Assembly (NCBI RefSeq): GCF_988242995.1
Contig: NZ_OZ547043.1
Strand: one strand, 5' to 3'
Length of the DNA stretch: 64,000 bases
The notes under the pieces were generated by a model. That model ran no database searches. It had not been told where the DNA came from and worked only from the letters and a program-made list of their open reading frames with translations. Shown piece by piece: positions 1 to 16,231 of the stretch (the first letter of the stretch is position 1; the number at the start of each line of letters is the position of its first letter). The translations under genes were made by a program, and so were the position numbers.

Positions 1-790
<790 letters not shown>

Positions 791-1765
791 TTAATGGATG
801 CCGCCAATGCGACTTAAGCGCACACCTGTCGGCCATTCGCCTTCTTGCTTATCGAAGCTCATCCAGATAGCCGTTGCCCGACCGACCAGATTCGCTTCCG
901 GCACAAAGCCCCAGTAACGGCTGTCCGCGCTGTTGTCGCGGTTGTCACCCATCATGAAGTATTGTCCCGGCGGAACAATCCAGGTTGCCAGTTGTTGCCC
1001 TGGCTGCTGGTAATACATCCCCACCTGGTCCTGCGCAATCGGCACTGTCAGAATGCGGTGCGTCACATCACCCAGTGTCTCTTTACGCTCGGAAAGACGA
1101 ATTCCATTTTCTTTGGTTTCGTTTTTCGGCACTTCAAAGAATCCGCTGGTCGCTTCCCCACCATTACGGCGTGAGAAGGTCTGAACGAAATCACTCGGTT
1201 CCACGTTTGAGTAGGTGACCGGCAGCGCGTTTTCACATGCCTGGCCGGAACTGCATCCCGGTTGAATCGTCAGCTCTTTTGAGACCGGATCATAAGTGAC
1301 TTTATCGCCCGGTAAACCCACCGCGCGCTTGATGTAATCAAGCTTTGGATCTTCCGGATATTTAAAGACCACGATATCGCCGCGTTTCGGATGACCGGTT
1401 TCGATCAGCGTTTTCTGGTAGATAGGATCTTTAATGCCATAAGCAAACTTCTCTACCAGAATAAAATCACCGATTAACAGAGTCGGCATCATCGAACCTG
1501 ACGGGATCTGGAACGGTTCATAAATAAACGAACGCACAATCAATACGATAGCCAGCACCGGAAAAACAGAAGCACCAGTTTCCAGCCAGCCAGGCTTCGG
1601 CGCAACCTTTTTCAGTGTTGCTTTATCCAGTGAGTCACCGGCAGCCGCCTGCGCCGCTGCCTGATGTTCCCGCCGTTTAGGTGCGAAAAAGAATTTATCC
1701 ACGCACCATAAAATGCCCGTCACTAGTGTGGCAATCACCAGAATCAGGGCAAACATATTCGCCAT
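791..1765 (-). CDS. lepB: Signal peptidase I
   Basis: 324-aa ORF; length and synteny downstream of lepA match leader peptidase. Confidence 0.92.
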   Translation of the reverse strand: MANMFALILVIATLVTGILWCVDKFFFAPKRREHQAAAQAAAGDSLDKATLKKVAPKPGWLETGASVFPVLAIVLIVRSFIYEPFQIPSGSMMPTLLIGDFILVEKFAYGIKDPIYQKTLIETGHPKRGDIVVFKYPEDPKLDYIKRAVGLPGDKVTYDPVSKELTIQPGCSSGQACENALPVTYSNVEPSDFVQTFSRRNGGEATSGFFEVPKNETKENGIRLSERKETLGDVTHRILTVPIAQDQVGMYYQQPGQQLATWIVPPGQYFMMGDNRDNSADSRYWGFVPEANLVGRATAIWMSFDKQEGEWPTGVRLSRIGGIH

Positions 1766-1780
1766 GCCAACTCCTAAGGG

Positions 1781-3580
<1,800 letters not shown>

Positions 3581-3777
3581 AAAGTATGATTATTGTGCCT
3601 TAATGCCCGGTTAACCAGGCTTTTAGAAGTCGCTGTTCTGAGCTTAACGTCTGTATTAATAGAAACGCCGCATTCTACACTACAACATTGAGGCGAGGAA
3701 ATGTTCATACCGTATGGATTGTGGTATCTGGAAACGTCCTCGCATTTGTTATGCAAAATGCAACAAAGCCAGTGAAA

Positions 3778-4257
3778 TCACTGGCTCGCGTCTTCCGAAG
3801 ATGTTTCAAATCGCACAAGGCCAGGCGGCAATGCCACGCTTAAGATGATCGGTTGCCATTCAGACCGGGCAGCAAACTTTCGAGAGCAGCCACGTGCAAT
3901 CAGGAATCCACCAACGCCACCGAGAATCGCACCGCATAATGCTGCAATATCTGAAGCAAAGAGTAGCTGAAATAGTGAAGCGATGAGGAATAATCCCACC
4001 AGCGGCGACATATAAACCAGTAATGCGGAGCTAAGCAGGCTGCCTTCGGCGATTCCTAATTCTACTTTTTGCCCCGGCACTAACGGCTCATCACAGGGTA
4101 CGACAATGGTATGCGTGGTTTGCGGGCCAAGTTTATTCAACACGCGGCTACCGCAACCGGCACGTGAAGCGCAGCTGCTGCATGAGGCTTTAACATCACA
4201 ACTAACCAGCGCCTGCCCGTTTTCCCAGGAGACGACGGTAGCCCACTCTTTGATCAT
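3778..4257 (-). CDS. rseC: Sigma-E regulatory protein RseC
   Basis: 159-aa ORF at the end of the rpoE-rseABC operon; start overlaps rseB stop. Confidence 0.88.
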   Translation of the reverse strand: MIKEWATVVSWENGQALVSCDVKASCSSCASRAGCGSRVLNKLGPQTTHTIVVPCDEPLVPGQKVELGIAEGSLLSSALLVYMSPLVGLFLIASLFQLLFASDIAALCGAILGGVGGFLIARGCSRKFAARSEWQPIILSVALPPGLVRFETSSEDASQ

Positions 4258-5210
4258 TGCGCTGCCCCGAACTTAATATTCTCGGCAATGCGTTTCGCCG
4301 TTTGCGGCGGCAGTTCACCGACAATGGTGATTTCGGCGTTATCACGTACGCTTGTACTGACGGTTCTGCGCCCGGTGCGCAACATCTGATCGGTGCTCGA
4401 TGGCGTAGCGCGGTTAACGTTTACCGAGAAGCTGAATAATCCGTCGGAATAGAGACGTGATTCGATAGGCATGTTGTCCATCGTCGGTAGCGGACGTCGA
4501 CTACTGGAAACTTCGCTAAAACCCTGTGGCAACCAGGTTGGCGTCCAGCTGAATTTAGCTTTTTCACCTACAGGAACAGAAAGCAACGGCGGCAAATTTG
4601 CCTTCGCCAGCGTCTGCATACTGCTGCTGATATCCTGATTGACATTAAAAGCAATCACGCGAAATTGTTCCAGCGTTTCACCATCGCGATCAAGGAGATC
4701 AACCCGCATCGGTAATTTCGATTCGGTGTCCATCCACACGATGTAGCTGTAGCGTGTACCATCTCGGGCAACCACACGAATGACTTCGCAAAGACGATCA
4801 GCAATACGCGTGCGCCCGACGGAGATAAAGTCGTAGTAAGGAGAAAGGCGTTTGAAATCGGTATAGATGAGCGATGGTAGAGAATCAACAATGTAATCGC
4901 CATTAAGCGTGAACGGTTCAAGTCCCGGTTCAAAATAGCTGATTTCATTGCCGCGCTGTACCACTTCCCGGCGCGGGCCATCCATTTGCAACAATTGTGC
5001 AAGAGGACGGTTATCGAGGCGTGCATGTCGATAACGCAGAGACTCAACACCCTGTTTATTGATGCTGATGAATGACAGCTCGTAATTCAGTGACTGACTG
5101 GCCAGGTTCATCTGCTGTAATAACGCCCCGGACGCGGGAGTGGCCGAGGCGTTAGCAGAGAATAACAGGCTACCTGTCACTAATGACATGGCAAACCAAA
5201 GTTGCTTCAT
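4254..5210 (-). CDS. rseB: Sigma-E regulatory protein RseB (periplasmic)
   Basis: 318-aa ORF with signal peptide, located between rseA and rseC. Confidence 0.9.
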   Translation of the reverse strand: MKQLWFAMSLVTGSLLFSANASATPASGALLQQMNLASQSLNYELSFISINKQGVESLRYRHARLDNRPLAQLLQMDGPRREVVQRGNEISYFEPGLEPFTLNGDYIVDSLPSLIYTDFKRLSPYYDFISVGRTRIADRLCEVIRVVARDGTRYSYIVWMDTESKLPMRVDLLDRDGETLEQFRVIAFNVNQDISSSMQTLAKANLPPLLSVPVGEKAKFSWTPTWLPQGFSEVSSSRRPLPTMDNMPIESRLYSDGLFSFSVNVNRATPSSTDQMLRTGRRTVSTSVRDNAEITIVGELPPQTAKRIAENIKFGAAQ

Positions 5211-5860
5211 TACTGCGATTGCGTTCCTAAAGTTTGAATTCCTGGCACCTGTACAGCGGCTTGCTGAGTTTGCGCCTGCTCAAACTGAAGCTGTTCAGAG
5301 TGGAGTCGGCGTTGCAGTTCGTAATCCTGCAACATTGCATTAATGCGACGACGCTGCTCCTGTACCTGCTGCTGTTGACCATTATTTGCGGTCGCTTCAG
5401 AAGGTACTCCCAGGCTAACCGGGCTGGCTTTACCCATCATCGGCAGTGTATTAAATACCGGCGTTTCGGGCTGCTGGGACGTTTCAGATTGTCCATTATA
5501 GTGCTGGACCCCAACGATAACTGCAAGCGATACGCATGCTGCTACGCCCATTTGGGTAAGCTGTGCCGCCCACGGACGTACTTTCTGCCAGAATGGCATT
5601 TTCTGCCATTGATGCGGCGCAGGCTGGGCTTCCGGGATCAATGTCGCCGGTTGACGTACTGGCTCTTCTTCAATGACGGCCATCACGCGTGAAGAGATAT
5701 CGAAATGGAGCACCTCGGGAGTATCACCCCGCATTGAGTCACGGATTAAGTGATAGCTTTCCCAGGTTTTCTGCATTTCTGGGTTATGAGCCAGTTCGTT
5801 AAGCAGCTCACTATCCAGCGTTTCGCCATCCATTAAAGCGGAAAGTTGTTCTTTCTGCAT
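5210..5860 (-). CDS. rseA: Anti-sigma-E factor RseA
   Basis: ORF track gives 228 aa; start moved to the internal Met (MQKEQLSALMDGE) for a 216-aa product as recalled for RseA. Confidence 0.88.
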   Translation of the reverse strand: MQKEQLSALMDGETLDSELLNELAHNPEMQKTWESYHLIRDSMRGDTPEVLHFDISSRVMAVIEEEPVRQPATLIPEAQPAPHQWQKMPFWQKVRPWAAQLTQMGVAACVSLAVIVGVQHYNGQSETSQQPETPVFNTLPMMGKASPVSLGVPSEATANNGQQQQVQEQRRRINAMLQDYELQRRLHSEQLQFEQAQTQQAAVQVPGIQTLGTQSQ

Positions 5861-5892
5861 GCCTAATACCCTTATCCAGTATCCCGCTATCG

Positions 5893-6468
5893 TCAACGCC
5901 TGATAAGCGGTTGAACTTTGTTATCAATAGCTTCCCTCGCTCGGAAGATACGTGAACGCACCGTACCTACCGGACAATCCATGATAGCGGCTATCTCTTC
6001 ATAGCTCAGGCCATCCAGCTCCCGCAAGGTTATTGCCATGCGTAAATCTTCCGGGAGGGACTCAATAGTTCGGAAAACTATCTGTCTCAGTTCTTCTGAC
6101 AACATTAAGTTCTCAGGGTTCGAAATTTCTTTCAACGCGCCGCCACTTTCGAAGTTTTCAGCTTCAATGGCATCCACATCACTGGAAGGTGGACGACGCC
6201 CCTGAGCAACCAGGTAATTTTTCGCTGTATTTACAGCAATCCGATACAGCCATGTATAAAAAGCGCTATCTCCCCGGAACGAATCCAGCGCACGATAGGC
6301 TTTAATAAAAGCTTCTTGTACCACATCGGGAACATCACCCGACGGCACATAGCGGGAAACCAGACTCGCCACTTTATGCTGATAGCGCACTACCAGTAAG
6401 TTAAAGGCTTTCTGATCTCCCTTCTGGACCCGTTCAACCAGGACCTGGTCCGTTAACTGCTCGCTCAT
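5893..6468 (-). CDS. rpoE: RNA polymerase sigma-E (sigma-24)
   Basis: ORF track gives 202 aa; start trimmed to MSEQLTDQVLVERVQKGD for 191 aa; ECF sigma region 2/4 sequence. Confidence 0.92.
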   Translation of the reverse strand: MSEQLTDQVLVERVQKGDQKAFNLLVVRYQHKVASLVSRYVPSGDVPDVVQEAFIKAYRALDSFRGDSAFYTWLYRIAVNTAKNYLVAQGRRPPSSDVDAIEAENFESGGALKEISNPENLMLSEELRQIVFRTIESLPEDLRMAITLRELDGLSYEEIAAIMDCPVGTVRSRIFRAREAIDNKVQPLIRR

Positions 6469-6540
6469 CCGAGGTAAAGTCTCCCCAAACCAAATTTCCA
6501 CGCGCTATCGAAACGCCACTCCATTAGCTGCAATTTGAGC

Positions 6541-6568
6541 AAGCAAAGGGTTAGAGTGTCTCGTTTTT
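6541..6568 (-). promoter_or_regulatory. Sigma-E-dependent promoter upstream of rpoE
   Basis: Minus strand reads GGAACTT-N16-TCTAA (window 6562-6568 and 6541-6545), matching the sigma-E consensus about 70 nt upstream of the rpoE start. Confidence 0.7.
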
Positions 6569-6866
6569 GTAAAGTTCCGTAACGCATCTGTTTTTGTTTG
6601 TCATGCTGTAGACGGATCATTATCTATCATTATAAGTCTACAGAATCTGAACATCGCATTATCTGTGTAGAAATGCCCATTTAACTGCCTGAAGAGTAAC
6701 CCAACGGCCTTTTTATTTCACCACCTAATCCTCCACCAGCCAGTAACTTCTCTTTTTCTCGCCGCCCTGCGTCAACGTGTTTAGCAACTGTAACAAATAT
6801 TAAAATAGCAGGTGTTTATCCGCACAACATGATGCTATGCTGACCAAACCATGTTTAGTAAATTAA

Positions 6867-9220
<2,354 letters not shown>

Positions 9221-9351
9221 GAAAATAAAACCTTGCAGGAAAAACGGCGATAGCACCGGGTGAGAACAATACCCGAGAAGCGATATCCATACAAACAGAT
9301 GAAGATTGCAGCCGTAACGTCTATAATCAGCGCCCCACACAGAGGTAGAAC

Positions 9352-10686
9352 ATGACTGTAACGACTTTTTCCGAACTTGAACTCGACGAAAGCCTGCTGG
9401 AAGCCCTCCAGGATAAAGGTTTCACTCGCCCGACCGCCATTCAGGCTGCCGCCATTCCGCCTGCGCTCGATGGCCGTGATGTACTCGGTTCTGCGCCGAC
9501 AGGCACCGGTAAAACGGCGGCGTATCTGCTGCCAGCGTTGCAGCACCTGCTCGATTTCCCACGTAAGAAATCCGGTCCGCCGCGTATTTTGATCCTCACC
9601 CCAACTCGCGAGCTGGCGATGCAGGTGGCCGATCATGCCCGCGAACTGGCGAAACATACGCATCTGGATATCGCCACCATCACCGGCGGCGTAGCCTATA
9701 TGAACCACGCGGAAGTGTTCAGCGAAAATCAGGACATCGTGGTCGCCACGACCGGACGTTTGCTGCAATACATAAAAGAAGAGAACTTCGATTGCCGCGC
9801 GGTTGAAACGCTGATCCTCGACGAAGCAGACCGTATGCTGGATATGGGCTTCGCTCAGGATATCGAACATATTGCTGGCGAAACGCGCTGGCGTAAACAG
9901 ACCCTGCTCTTTTCCGCAACGCTGGAAGGCGATGCGATTCAGGACTTTGCCGAGCGTCTGCTGGAAGATCCGGTGGAAGTTTCTGCGAATCCCTCCACCC
10001 GTGAGCGCAAAAAAATTCATCAGTGGTATTACCGCGCCGATGACCTGGAACATAAAACCGCGTTGCTGGTGCACCTGTTAAAACAGCCGGAAGCGACTCG
10101 CTCAATCGTATTTGTGCGTAAGCGTGAGCGTGTACATGAGCTGGCAAACTGGCTGCGCGAAGCGGGCATCAACAACTGCTATCTCGAAGGTGAGATGGTA
10201 CAGGGCAAGCGTAACGAAGCGATCAAGCGTTTGACCGAAGGTCGCGTAAACGTACTGGTTGCCACCGATGTTGCCGCGCGCGGTATCGACATTCCTGACG
10301 TCAGCCACGTCTTTAACTTCGATATGCCGCGCAGTGGCGATACTTATTTGCACCGTATCGGACGTACCGCGCGCGCCGGTCGTAAAGGCACCGCAATTTC
10401 GCTGGTAGAAGCCCATGACCATCTGCTGCTGGGCAAAGTTGGTCGCTATATTGAAGAGCCAATTAAAGCTCGTGTAATTGATGAGTTACGCCCGAAAACG
10501 CGTGCGCCAAGCGAGAAGCAAACCGGCAAGCCATCGAAGAAAGTACTGGCAAAACGCGCCGAGAAGAAAAAAGCTAAAGAGAAAGAGAAGCCGCGGGTGA
10601 AAAAACGCCATCGCGACACCAAAAATATTGGTAAGCGCCGTAAACCGAGCGGAACGGGCGTGCCACCGCAAACGACAGAAGAGTAA
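9352..10686 (+). CDS. srmB: DEAD-box ATP-dependent RNA helicase SrmB
   Basis: 444-aa ORF with Walker A (APTGTGKT), DEAD box (LDEADRM), SAT and HRIGRTAR motifs. Confidence 0.93.
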   Translation: MTVTTFSELELDESLLEALQDKGFTRPTAIQAAAIPPALDGRDVLGSAPTGTGKTAAYLLPALQHLLDFPRKKSGPPRILILTPTRELAMQVADHARELAKHTHLDIATITGGVAYMNHAEVFSENQDIVVATTGRLLQYIKEENFDCRAVETLILDEADRMLDMGFAQDIEHIAGETRWRKQTLLFSATLEGDAIQDFAERLLEDPVEVSANPSTRERKKIHQWYYRADDLEHKTALLVHLLKQPEATRSIVFVRKRERVHELANWLREAGINNCYLEGEMVQGKRNEAIKRLTEGRVNVLVATDVAARGIDIPDVSHVFNFDMPRSGDTYLHRIGRTARAGRKGTAISLVEAHDHLLLGKVGRYIEEPIKARVIDELRPKTRAPSEKQTGKPSKKVLAKRAEKKKAKEKEKPRVKKRHRDTKNIGKRRKPSGTGVPPQTTEE

Positions 10687-10725
10687 TCTCAATGCCGGGT
10701 TTAAGCCCGGCATTATTTTTATCCC
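10687..10725. terminator. Rho-independent terminator between srmB and yfiE (bidirectional)
   Basis: GC hairpin tgccgggtttaagcccggca followed by a T-run. Confidence 0.6.
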
Positions 10726-11600
10726 GGCAAAAAACACTCTTCAACACACTGAATAAAAGTGTGCATCGCCGGGCTAACCGCTTTTCCAGCATGGTGTGCG
10801 CACATGGCCGTAATGGTCTGCGACTGTTCGCCAAAAGGCAATTCGATTAATTCGCCACTCGCAAGTTCATTTGCCACTGTAAAGCGCGGCAGGTAACTGA
10901 CCCCGATATTTGCCGCGACACAACGCTTGATGCTTTCGATACTTATAAGCTCAATGGTGTTTTCCACCGTGATCCGCCGCTGGCGCAGCGTACTTTCAAA
11001 TAGCTGGCGAAAGACACATTGCGGTTCATTGATAATAAAACTACAGGCGTTATGTATTCCCGGCTCAGTAAAATCGACATCTTTAATTTGCGGTGAAGCC
11101 ACCAGCACCAATGATTGTTCACCCAACTCTCGTCGGTTCAGAGCATCATCATTCCCTACGCGATAAAAGACGCCGACATCAGCCTCATCATTCAGTAGCG
11201 CATCACGGATCACGTAACAGTTCAGAGACTGCAACGATAAACGCACTTTTGGTGCGCGTTGCCGAAAACGCTGCAACACCTGCGGCATTCGGTAAGAAAG
11301 CAACGTTTCGCCTGAAACAACGCGTAGTTCCCCGTCCGGATCCGACTCTTTTTTGGCAGCCTCACGAAGGGTATCCATCACTCTGGTGAGTTCATAAATG
11401 TGCGGCAGCAGCTTTTTTCCTTCGCGGGTAAGGCACATTCGTCGACCAATTTTCTCAAATAACTGGACTGAGAACTCCTGCTCAAGCTGCTGAATATGAA
11501 AAGTCACCGTCGATTGTGTGCAGCACAATTTTTGCGAAGCTCGCAAAAAGGAACCCTCTTCCACCACGGTTTTAAGCGTAATAAAACGGCGCAGATCCAT
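10719..11600 (-). CDS. yfiE: LysR-family transcriptional regulator YfiE
   Basis: ORF track gives 308 aa; start trimmed to MDLRRFITLKTVVEEGSF (about 293 aa), a typical LysR HTH N-terminus. Confidence 0.8.
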   Translation of the reverse strand: MDLRRFITLKTVVEEGSFLRASQKLCCTQSTVTFHIQQLEQEFSVQLFEKIGRRMCLTREGKKLLPHIYELTRVMDTLREAAKKESDPDGELRVVSGETLLSYRMPQVLQRFRQRAPKVRLSLQSLNCYVIRDALLNDEADVGVFYRVGNDDALNRRELGEQSLVLVASPQIKDVDFTEPGIHNACSFIINEPQCVFRQLFESTLRQRRITVENTIELISIESIKRCVAANIGVSYLPRFTVANELASGELIELPFGEQSQTITAMCAHHAGKAVSPAMHTFIQCVEECFLPG

Positions 11601-11702
11601 AACCCCAAACCTATCGAAAATATCGAATTTAGAATGTAAAAACATTCATTTTTTTAAATGTTCTGTGTCGGGTACTGTCTACCAAAACAGAGGAGATAAC
11701 AA

Positions 11703-12290
11703 GTGACACCGACCCTTTTAAGTGCTTTTTGGACTTACACCCTGATTACCGCCATGACGCCAGGACCGAACAATATTCTCGCCCTTAGCTCAGCTACAAC
11801 GCACGGATTTCGTCAAAGTACTCGCGTGCTGGCAGGGATGAGTCTGGGATTTTTAATCGTCATGTTGCTATGCGCGGGAATTTCGTTTTCACTGGCTGTT
11901 ATCGACCCGGCAGCAGTGCATCTGTTGAGTTGGGCGGGGGCGGCATATATTGTCTGGCTGGCGTGGAAAATCGCTACCAGTCCAACAAAGGAAGATGGGC
12001 TTCAGACAAAACCAATCAGTTTTTGGGCCAGCTTTGCTTTGCAGTTTGTGAACGTCAAAATCATTTTGTATGGCATTACAGCACTGTCGACGTTTGTCCT
12101 GCCGCAAACGCAGGCGCTAAGCTGGATAATTGGCGTCAGCGTTTTGCTGGCGATGATTGGGACGTTTGGCAATGTGTGCTGGGCGCTGGCGGGGCACCTG
12201 TTTCAGCGATTGTTTCGCCAGTATGGTCGCCAGTTAAATATCGTGCTCGCGCTGCTGCTGGTCTATTGCGCGGTACGCATTTTCTATTAA
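11703..12290 (+). CDS. eamB: Cysteine/O-acetylserine exporter EamB (YfiK), LysE/RhtB family
   Basis: 195-aa hydrophobic ORF with a non-ATG start as given by the ORF track; divergent from yfiE. Confidence 0.8.
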   Translation: MTPTLLSAFWTYTLITAMTPGPNNILALSSATTHGFRQSTRVLAGMSLGFLIVMLLCAGISFSLAVIDPAAVHLLSWAGAAYIVWLAWKIATSPTKEDGLQTKPISFWASFALQFVNVKIILYGITALSTFVLPQTQALSWIIGVSVLLAMIGTFGNVCWALAGHLFQRLFRQYGRQLNIVLALLLVYCAVRIFY

Positions 12291-12293
12291 TGA

Positions 12294-12335
12294 AAAAAGC
12301 GGAAGAGGTCGCCCTCTTCCGCTTAGTAACTTGCT
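12294..12335. terminator. Bidirectional rho-independent terminator between eamB and grcA
   Basis: Hairpin gcggaagaggtcgccctcttccgc flanked by A/T runs. Confidence 0.6.
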
Positions 12336-12344
12336 ACTTAAGCC

Positions 12345-12728
12345 TTACAGGCTTTCAGTAAAGGTACGAGCGATAACGTCGCGCTGCTGTTCCGGAGTCA
12401 GAGAGTTAAAGCGAACTGCATAACCGGATACACGGATGGTCAGCTGCGGATATTTTTCCGGATGCTTAACTGCATCTTCCAGAGTTTCACGACGCAGAAC
12501 GTTTACGTTCAGGTGTTGACCACCTTCAACGCGAACTTCTGGTTTCACTTCTACTGGAACTTCACGGTACTCAATGTCACCCAGTTTGCTTACTGCAACC
12601 ACTTCGTCTTCTGCAAAACCTGCTTTCGCAACGATGCAACGCGCTTCGCCTTTTTCGCTGTCCAGCAGCCAGAAAGAGTTCAGCAGATCGTCGTTAGCGG
12701 CTTTAGTAATCTGGATACCTGTAATCAT
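12345..12728 (-). CDS. grcA: Glycyl-radical autonomous cofactor GrcA (YfiD)
   Basis: ORF track gives 133 aa; start trimmed to [13 protein letters not shown] (127 aa); C-terminal glycyl-radical motif RVSGYAV. Confidence 0.9.
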
Positions 12729-12835
12729 GTGATGCCTCCCCGGCAAAATTATTTGATTTGTTCAGCCTGTCGCGGCCAATTGGTAAAACCATTGTTGCTT
12801 GAGTGTATATATACTCCTCAAACACCCTTGAATCT

Positions 12836-12849
12836 TTGATTTAAATCAA
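12836..12849. promoter_or_regulatory. FNR/CRP-type binding site upstream of grcA
   Basis: Perfect palindrome TTGAT-TTAA-ATCAA read directly in the sequence, about 110 bp upstream of the grcA start; matches the FNR consensus TTGAT-N4-ATCAA. Confidence 0.65.
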
Positions 12850-13032
12850 TAAAAACCATACATCAAGTATGGTCGCAAATGGATTTTATTGTTTTACATC
12901 AACTTATACAGGTGTGAAATTTTACCAATTTACATTTTTTTGCACTCGTTTAAGTCTAAATAATGAGCATGATTTTGTTCTGTAGAAAGAAGCAGTTAAG
13001 CTAGGCGGATTGAAGATTCGCGGGAGAGCGAG

Positions 13033-13722
13033 ATGGCAAACGAATTAACCTGGCATGACGTGCTGGCTGAAGAGAAGCAACAACCCTATTTTCTTAATAC
13101 CCTACAGACCGTCGCCAGCGAGCGGCAGTCCGGCGTCACTATCTATCCGCCACAAAAGGATGTCTTTAACGCGTTCCGCTTTACAGAGTTGGGTGACGTT
13201 AAAGTGGTGATTCTCGGCCAGGATCCTTATCACGGACCGGGACAGGCGCATGGTCTGGCATTTTCCGTTCGCCCCGGCATTGCGACACCGCCGTCACTGC
13301 TGAATATGTATAAAGAGCTGGAAAATACTATTCCCGGTTTCACCCGCCCTAATCATGGTTATCTTGAAAGCTGGGCGCGTCAGGGCGTTCTGCTACTCAA
13401 TACTGTGTTGACGGTTCGCGCAGGTCAGGCGCATTCCCACGCCAGTCTCGGCTGGGAGACCTTCACCGATAAAGTCATCAGCCTGATTAACCAGCACCGC
13501 GAAGGCGTGGTGTTTTTGTTGTGGGGCTCACATGCGCAAAAGAAAGGGGCGATTATTGATAAGCAACGCCATCACGTACTGAAAGCGCCGCATCCATCAC
13601 CGCTTTCTGCGCATCGTGGGTTCTTTGGCTGCAACCATTTTGTGCTGGCAAATCAGTGGCTGGAACAACGTGGCGAGAAACCGATTGACTGGATGCCAGT
13701 ATTACCGGCAGAGAGTGAGTAA
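13033..13722 (+). CDS. ung: Uracil-DNA glycosylase
   Basis: 229-aa ORF with conserved UDG motifs ([19 protein letters not shown]). Confidence 0.95.
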   Translation: MANELTWHDVLAEEKQQPYFLNTLQTVASERQSGVTIYPPQKDVFNAFRFTELGDVKVVILGQDPYHGPGQAHGLAFSVRPGIATPPSLLNMYKELENTIPGFTRPNHGYLESWARQGVLLLNTVLTVRAGQAHSHASLGWETFTDKVISLINQHREGVVFLLWGSHAQKKGAIIDKQRHHVLKAPHPSPLSAHRGFFGCNHFVLANQWLEQRGEKPIDWMPVLPAESE

Positions 13723-13769
13723 ATTTGCAGGAAAACGCCGGATGGCAGCGTTGCCACCCGGCTGATTTA

Positions 13770-14807
13770 TCAGGCTTTATTCTGACGCCACCATTCACCA
13801 AGCAAAACGCCAGTTGCGACAGAGATATTTAGCCCGGCAACGTTGCCAGTACCGTCAATCTTCACGCGCAGATCGTTTGGATCGCGTGCGGCATCCGGTA
13901 ACCCTTCATATTCCTGACCCAGCACCAGTACCATTTTCGCTGGCAGACTGGTTTTGAACAGCGGTTTACCCTGCTCGCTGGAAGTGGTCACTACGGTGTA
14001 ACCCGCCTGACGGAAATCATCCAGCACGTTAACAATGTTGTCGCCAGTAATCGGCTGAACGTGCTCTGCGCCGCCTTCTGCGGTACGGATAGCCGCACCC
14101 GACTCCAGCAGTGCCGCATCCTGCACCACAACGCCTTTCACGCCGAAGTGCGCACAGCTGCGCATCATGCCACCCAGGTTATGCGGGTTAGATTCGTTTT
14201 CCAGTGCCAGTACACAATCCTGCACGCCTGCCTGGCTTACCCACTGCTGCACGGTTGTACCGTTACGCTTTTTGATCAGGAAGCAAACGCCGCCGTGATG
14301 TTCCGTGCCTGACGCTTTTGTCAGTTCCGCTTCATCCACAACATGGTACGCTTTGCGGTTTGCTGCCATCCAGCGCAAGGCTTCTTTAAAACGCGGCGTT
14401 ACACTCTGGATAAACCAGGCGCGAACAATCGCTTCAGGACGGCTCTGGAACAGTGCCTGACAGGCATTTTCGCCGTAGACGCGGGTTTCTTCCGCACGCT
14501 GACGACGCAAAACTTCCGGATCAATAAAACTTTTACCACTGATGCCACCGTGATCGGCCTTTTCCGGCGTCTCATCACCCGGCGCGCGGGAAACTGTGCG
14601 CCACGGCGACTCTTCCCACTTGCGGTCACGGGGCTGACTCTGTTTGTCATCGCGGGCGGGGCGACGGCCACCGTCAGCACGAGATTTTCCTGGACGCCCG
14701 CCCCCTTTCCCGGTACGCGGGTTGTGGGTACGTTTATCAGAATCATCATCACTGCGGACATACATCACTTTGACCTTGCCGCTTTTACCTTTCATTTCAT
14801 CGTTCAT
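13770..14807 (-). CDS. yfiF: SpoU/TrmH-family RNA 2'-O-methyltransferase YfiF
   Basis: ORF track gives 370 aa; start trimmed to [13 protein letters not shown] (345 aa); basic low-complexity N-terminus plus SPOUT domain. Confidence 0.8.
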   Translation of the reverse strand: MNDEMKGKSGKVKVMYVRSDDDSDKRTHNPRTGKGGGRPGKSRADGGRRPARDDKQSQPRDRKWEESPWRTVSRAPGDETPEKADHGGISGKSFIDPEVLRRQRAEETRVYGENACQALFQSRPEAIVRAWFIQSVTPRFKEALRWMAANRKAYHVVDEAELTKASGTEHHGGVCFLIKKRNGTTVQQWVSQAGVQDCVLALENESNPHNLGGMMRSCAHFGVKGVVVQDAALLESGAAIRTAEGGAEHVQPITGDNIVNVLDDFRQAGYTVVTTSSEQGKPLFKTSLPAKMVLVLGQEYEGLPDAARDPNDLRVKIDGTGNVAGLNISVATGVLLGEWWRQNKA

Positions 14808-15013
14808 GCTTTTCTCCACCAGCGCTGCGCGAAGCGCGCAGATTACCCGAAGTGCGCGCGGTTCGCCATGATTTCGTACCAAAGCCTGCGACTATCATAC
14901 CTATTGAATAAAACAGATTGTTGTCTGGAACAATGTCCCCGATAATATGTAACATATTAGAAACATACCGGCGTCATTGCCGATAAGTCTCCTTACTCAT
15001 CCCGAGGTTAGTT

Positions 15014-15433
15014 ATGAATACCGTTTGTACCCATTGTCAGGCCATCAATCGCATTCCCGACGATCGGATCGAAGATGCGGCAAAATGCGGACGCTGCGGT
15101 CACGACTTGTTTGACGGAGAGGTGATTAATGCGACCGGTGAAACGCTCGACAAATTGCTGAAAGATGATCTACCTGTGGTGATCGACTTCTGGGCACCGT
15201 GGTGCGGCCCCTGCCGTAATTTCGCACCAATTTTTGAAGATGTCGCGCAAGAGCGTAGCGGTAAAGTGCGCTTTGTGAAAGTGAATACCGAAGCTGAACG
15301 TGAATTGAGCAGCCGCTTTGGTATTCGCAGTATTCCGACGATCATGATTTTCAAAAATGGTCAGGTTGTCGACATGCTTAATGGCGCAGTGCCGAAAGCG
15401 CCGTTCGATAGCTGGCTGAATGAATCTCTTTAA
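15014..15433 (+). CDS. trxC: Thioredoxin 2
   Basis: 139-aa ORF with N-terminal zinc-finger cysteines (CTHCQ...CGRCGH) and WCGPC active site. Confidence 0.93.
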
Positions 15434-15501
15434 TCTTACCGGGGCGCATCTTGTGCCCCGTTTTCTCCTCTGCGACAATGGCGTTTTTTCGACGCTCCCT
15501 T

Positions 15502-16200
15502 ATGACCGAAAACGCTGTTCTCCAGTTACGCGCCGAGCGTATTGCGCGTGCAACACGTCCTTTTCTTGCCCGCGGTAATCGCGTTCGTCGCTGCCAACGC
15601 TGTCTTTTGCCAGAGAAATTATGTCTCTGTTCGACAATTACCCCAGCACAAGCAAAAAGTCGCTTCTGTTTGCTGATGTTCGACACCGAGCCAATGAAGC
15701 CCAGTAATACCGGGCGTCTGATTGCTGATATTTTGCCTGATACCGTTGCGTTTCAATGGTCGCGTACCGAACCCTCGCAAGATTTGCTGGATCTGGTGCA
15801 AAACCCGGACTATCAGCCAATGGTGGTCTTTCCCGCTTCGTATGCTGATGAGCAACGGGAAGTGATCTTCACACCACCTGCCGGTAAGCCTCCGCTATTT
15901 ATCATGCTCGATGGTACCTGGCCAGAAGCTCGCAAGATGTTTCGTAAAAGTCCGTATCTGGATAATCTTCCCGTCATTTCCGTCGATCTTTCTCGGCTTT
16001 CTGCCTATCGCCTGCGTGAAGCCCAGGCTGAAGGCCAATATTGTACTGCCGAGGTAGCCATCGCACTGTTAGATATGGCCGGCGATACCAGGGCGGCGAC
16101 AGGGTTAGGCGAGCATTTTACCCGCTTTAAAACACGCTATCTGGCAGGAAAAACGCAACATCTGGGTAGCATCACAGCAGAACAGTTAGAAAGCGTTTAA
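15502..16200 (+). CDS. tapT: DTW-domain tRNA acp3U47 aminocarboxypropyltransferase (YfiP/TapT)
   Basis: ORF track gives 249 aa; start trimmed to MTENAVLQLRAER (232 aa); DTW motif (LDGTWPEA). Confidence 0.78.
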   Translation: MTENAVLQLRAERIARATRPFLARGNRVRRCQRCLLPEKLCLCSTITPAQAKSRFCLLMFDTEPMKPSNTGRLIADILPDTVAFQWSRTEPSQDLLDLVQNPDYQPMVVFPASYADEQREVIFTPPAGKPPLFIMLDGTWPEARKMFRKSPYLDNLPVISVDLSRLSAYRLREAQAEGQYCTAEVAIALLDMAGDTRAATGLGEHFTRFKTRYLAGKTQHLGSITAEQLESV

Positions 16201-16231
16201 AATCATTCGGTCACTTCTGCGGGAGACCGGT

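Noticed and set aside
5896-6501. N-terminal extensions of rseA (228 aa) and rpoE (202 aa) as given by the ORF track
   Set aside because: Internal Met codons give products matching the recalled lengths (216 and 191 aa) and N-termini; the longer forms are likely read-through to upstream in-frame ATGs.
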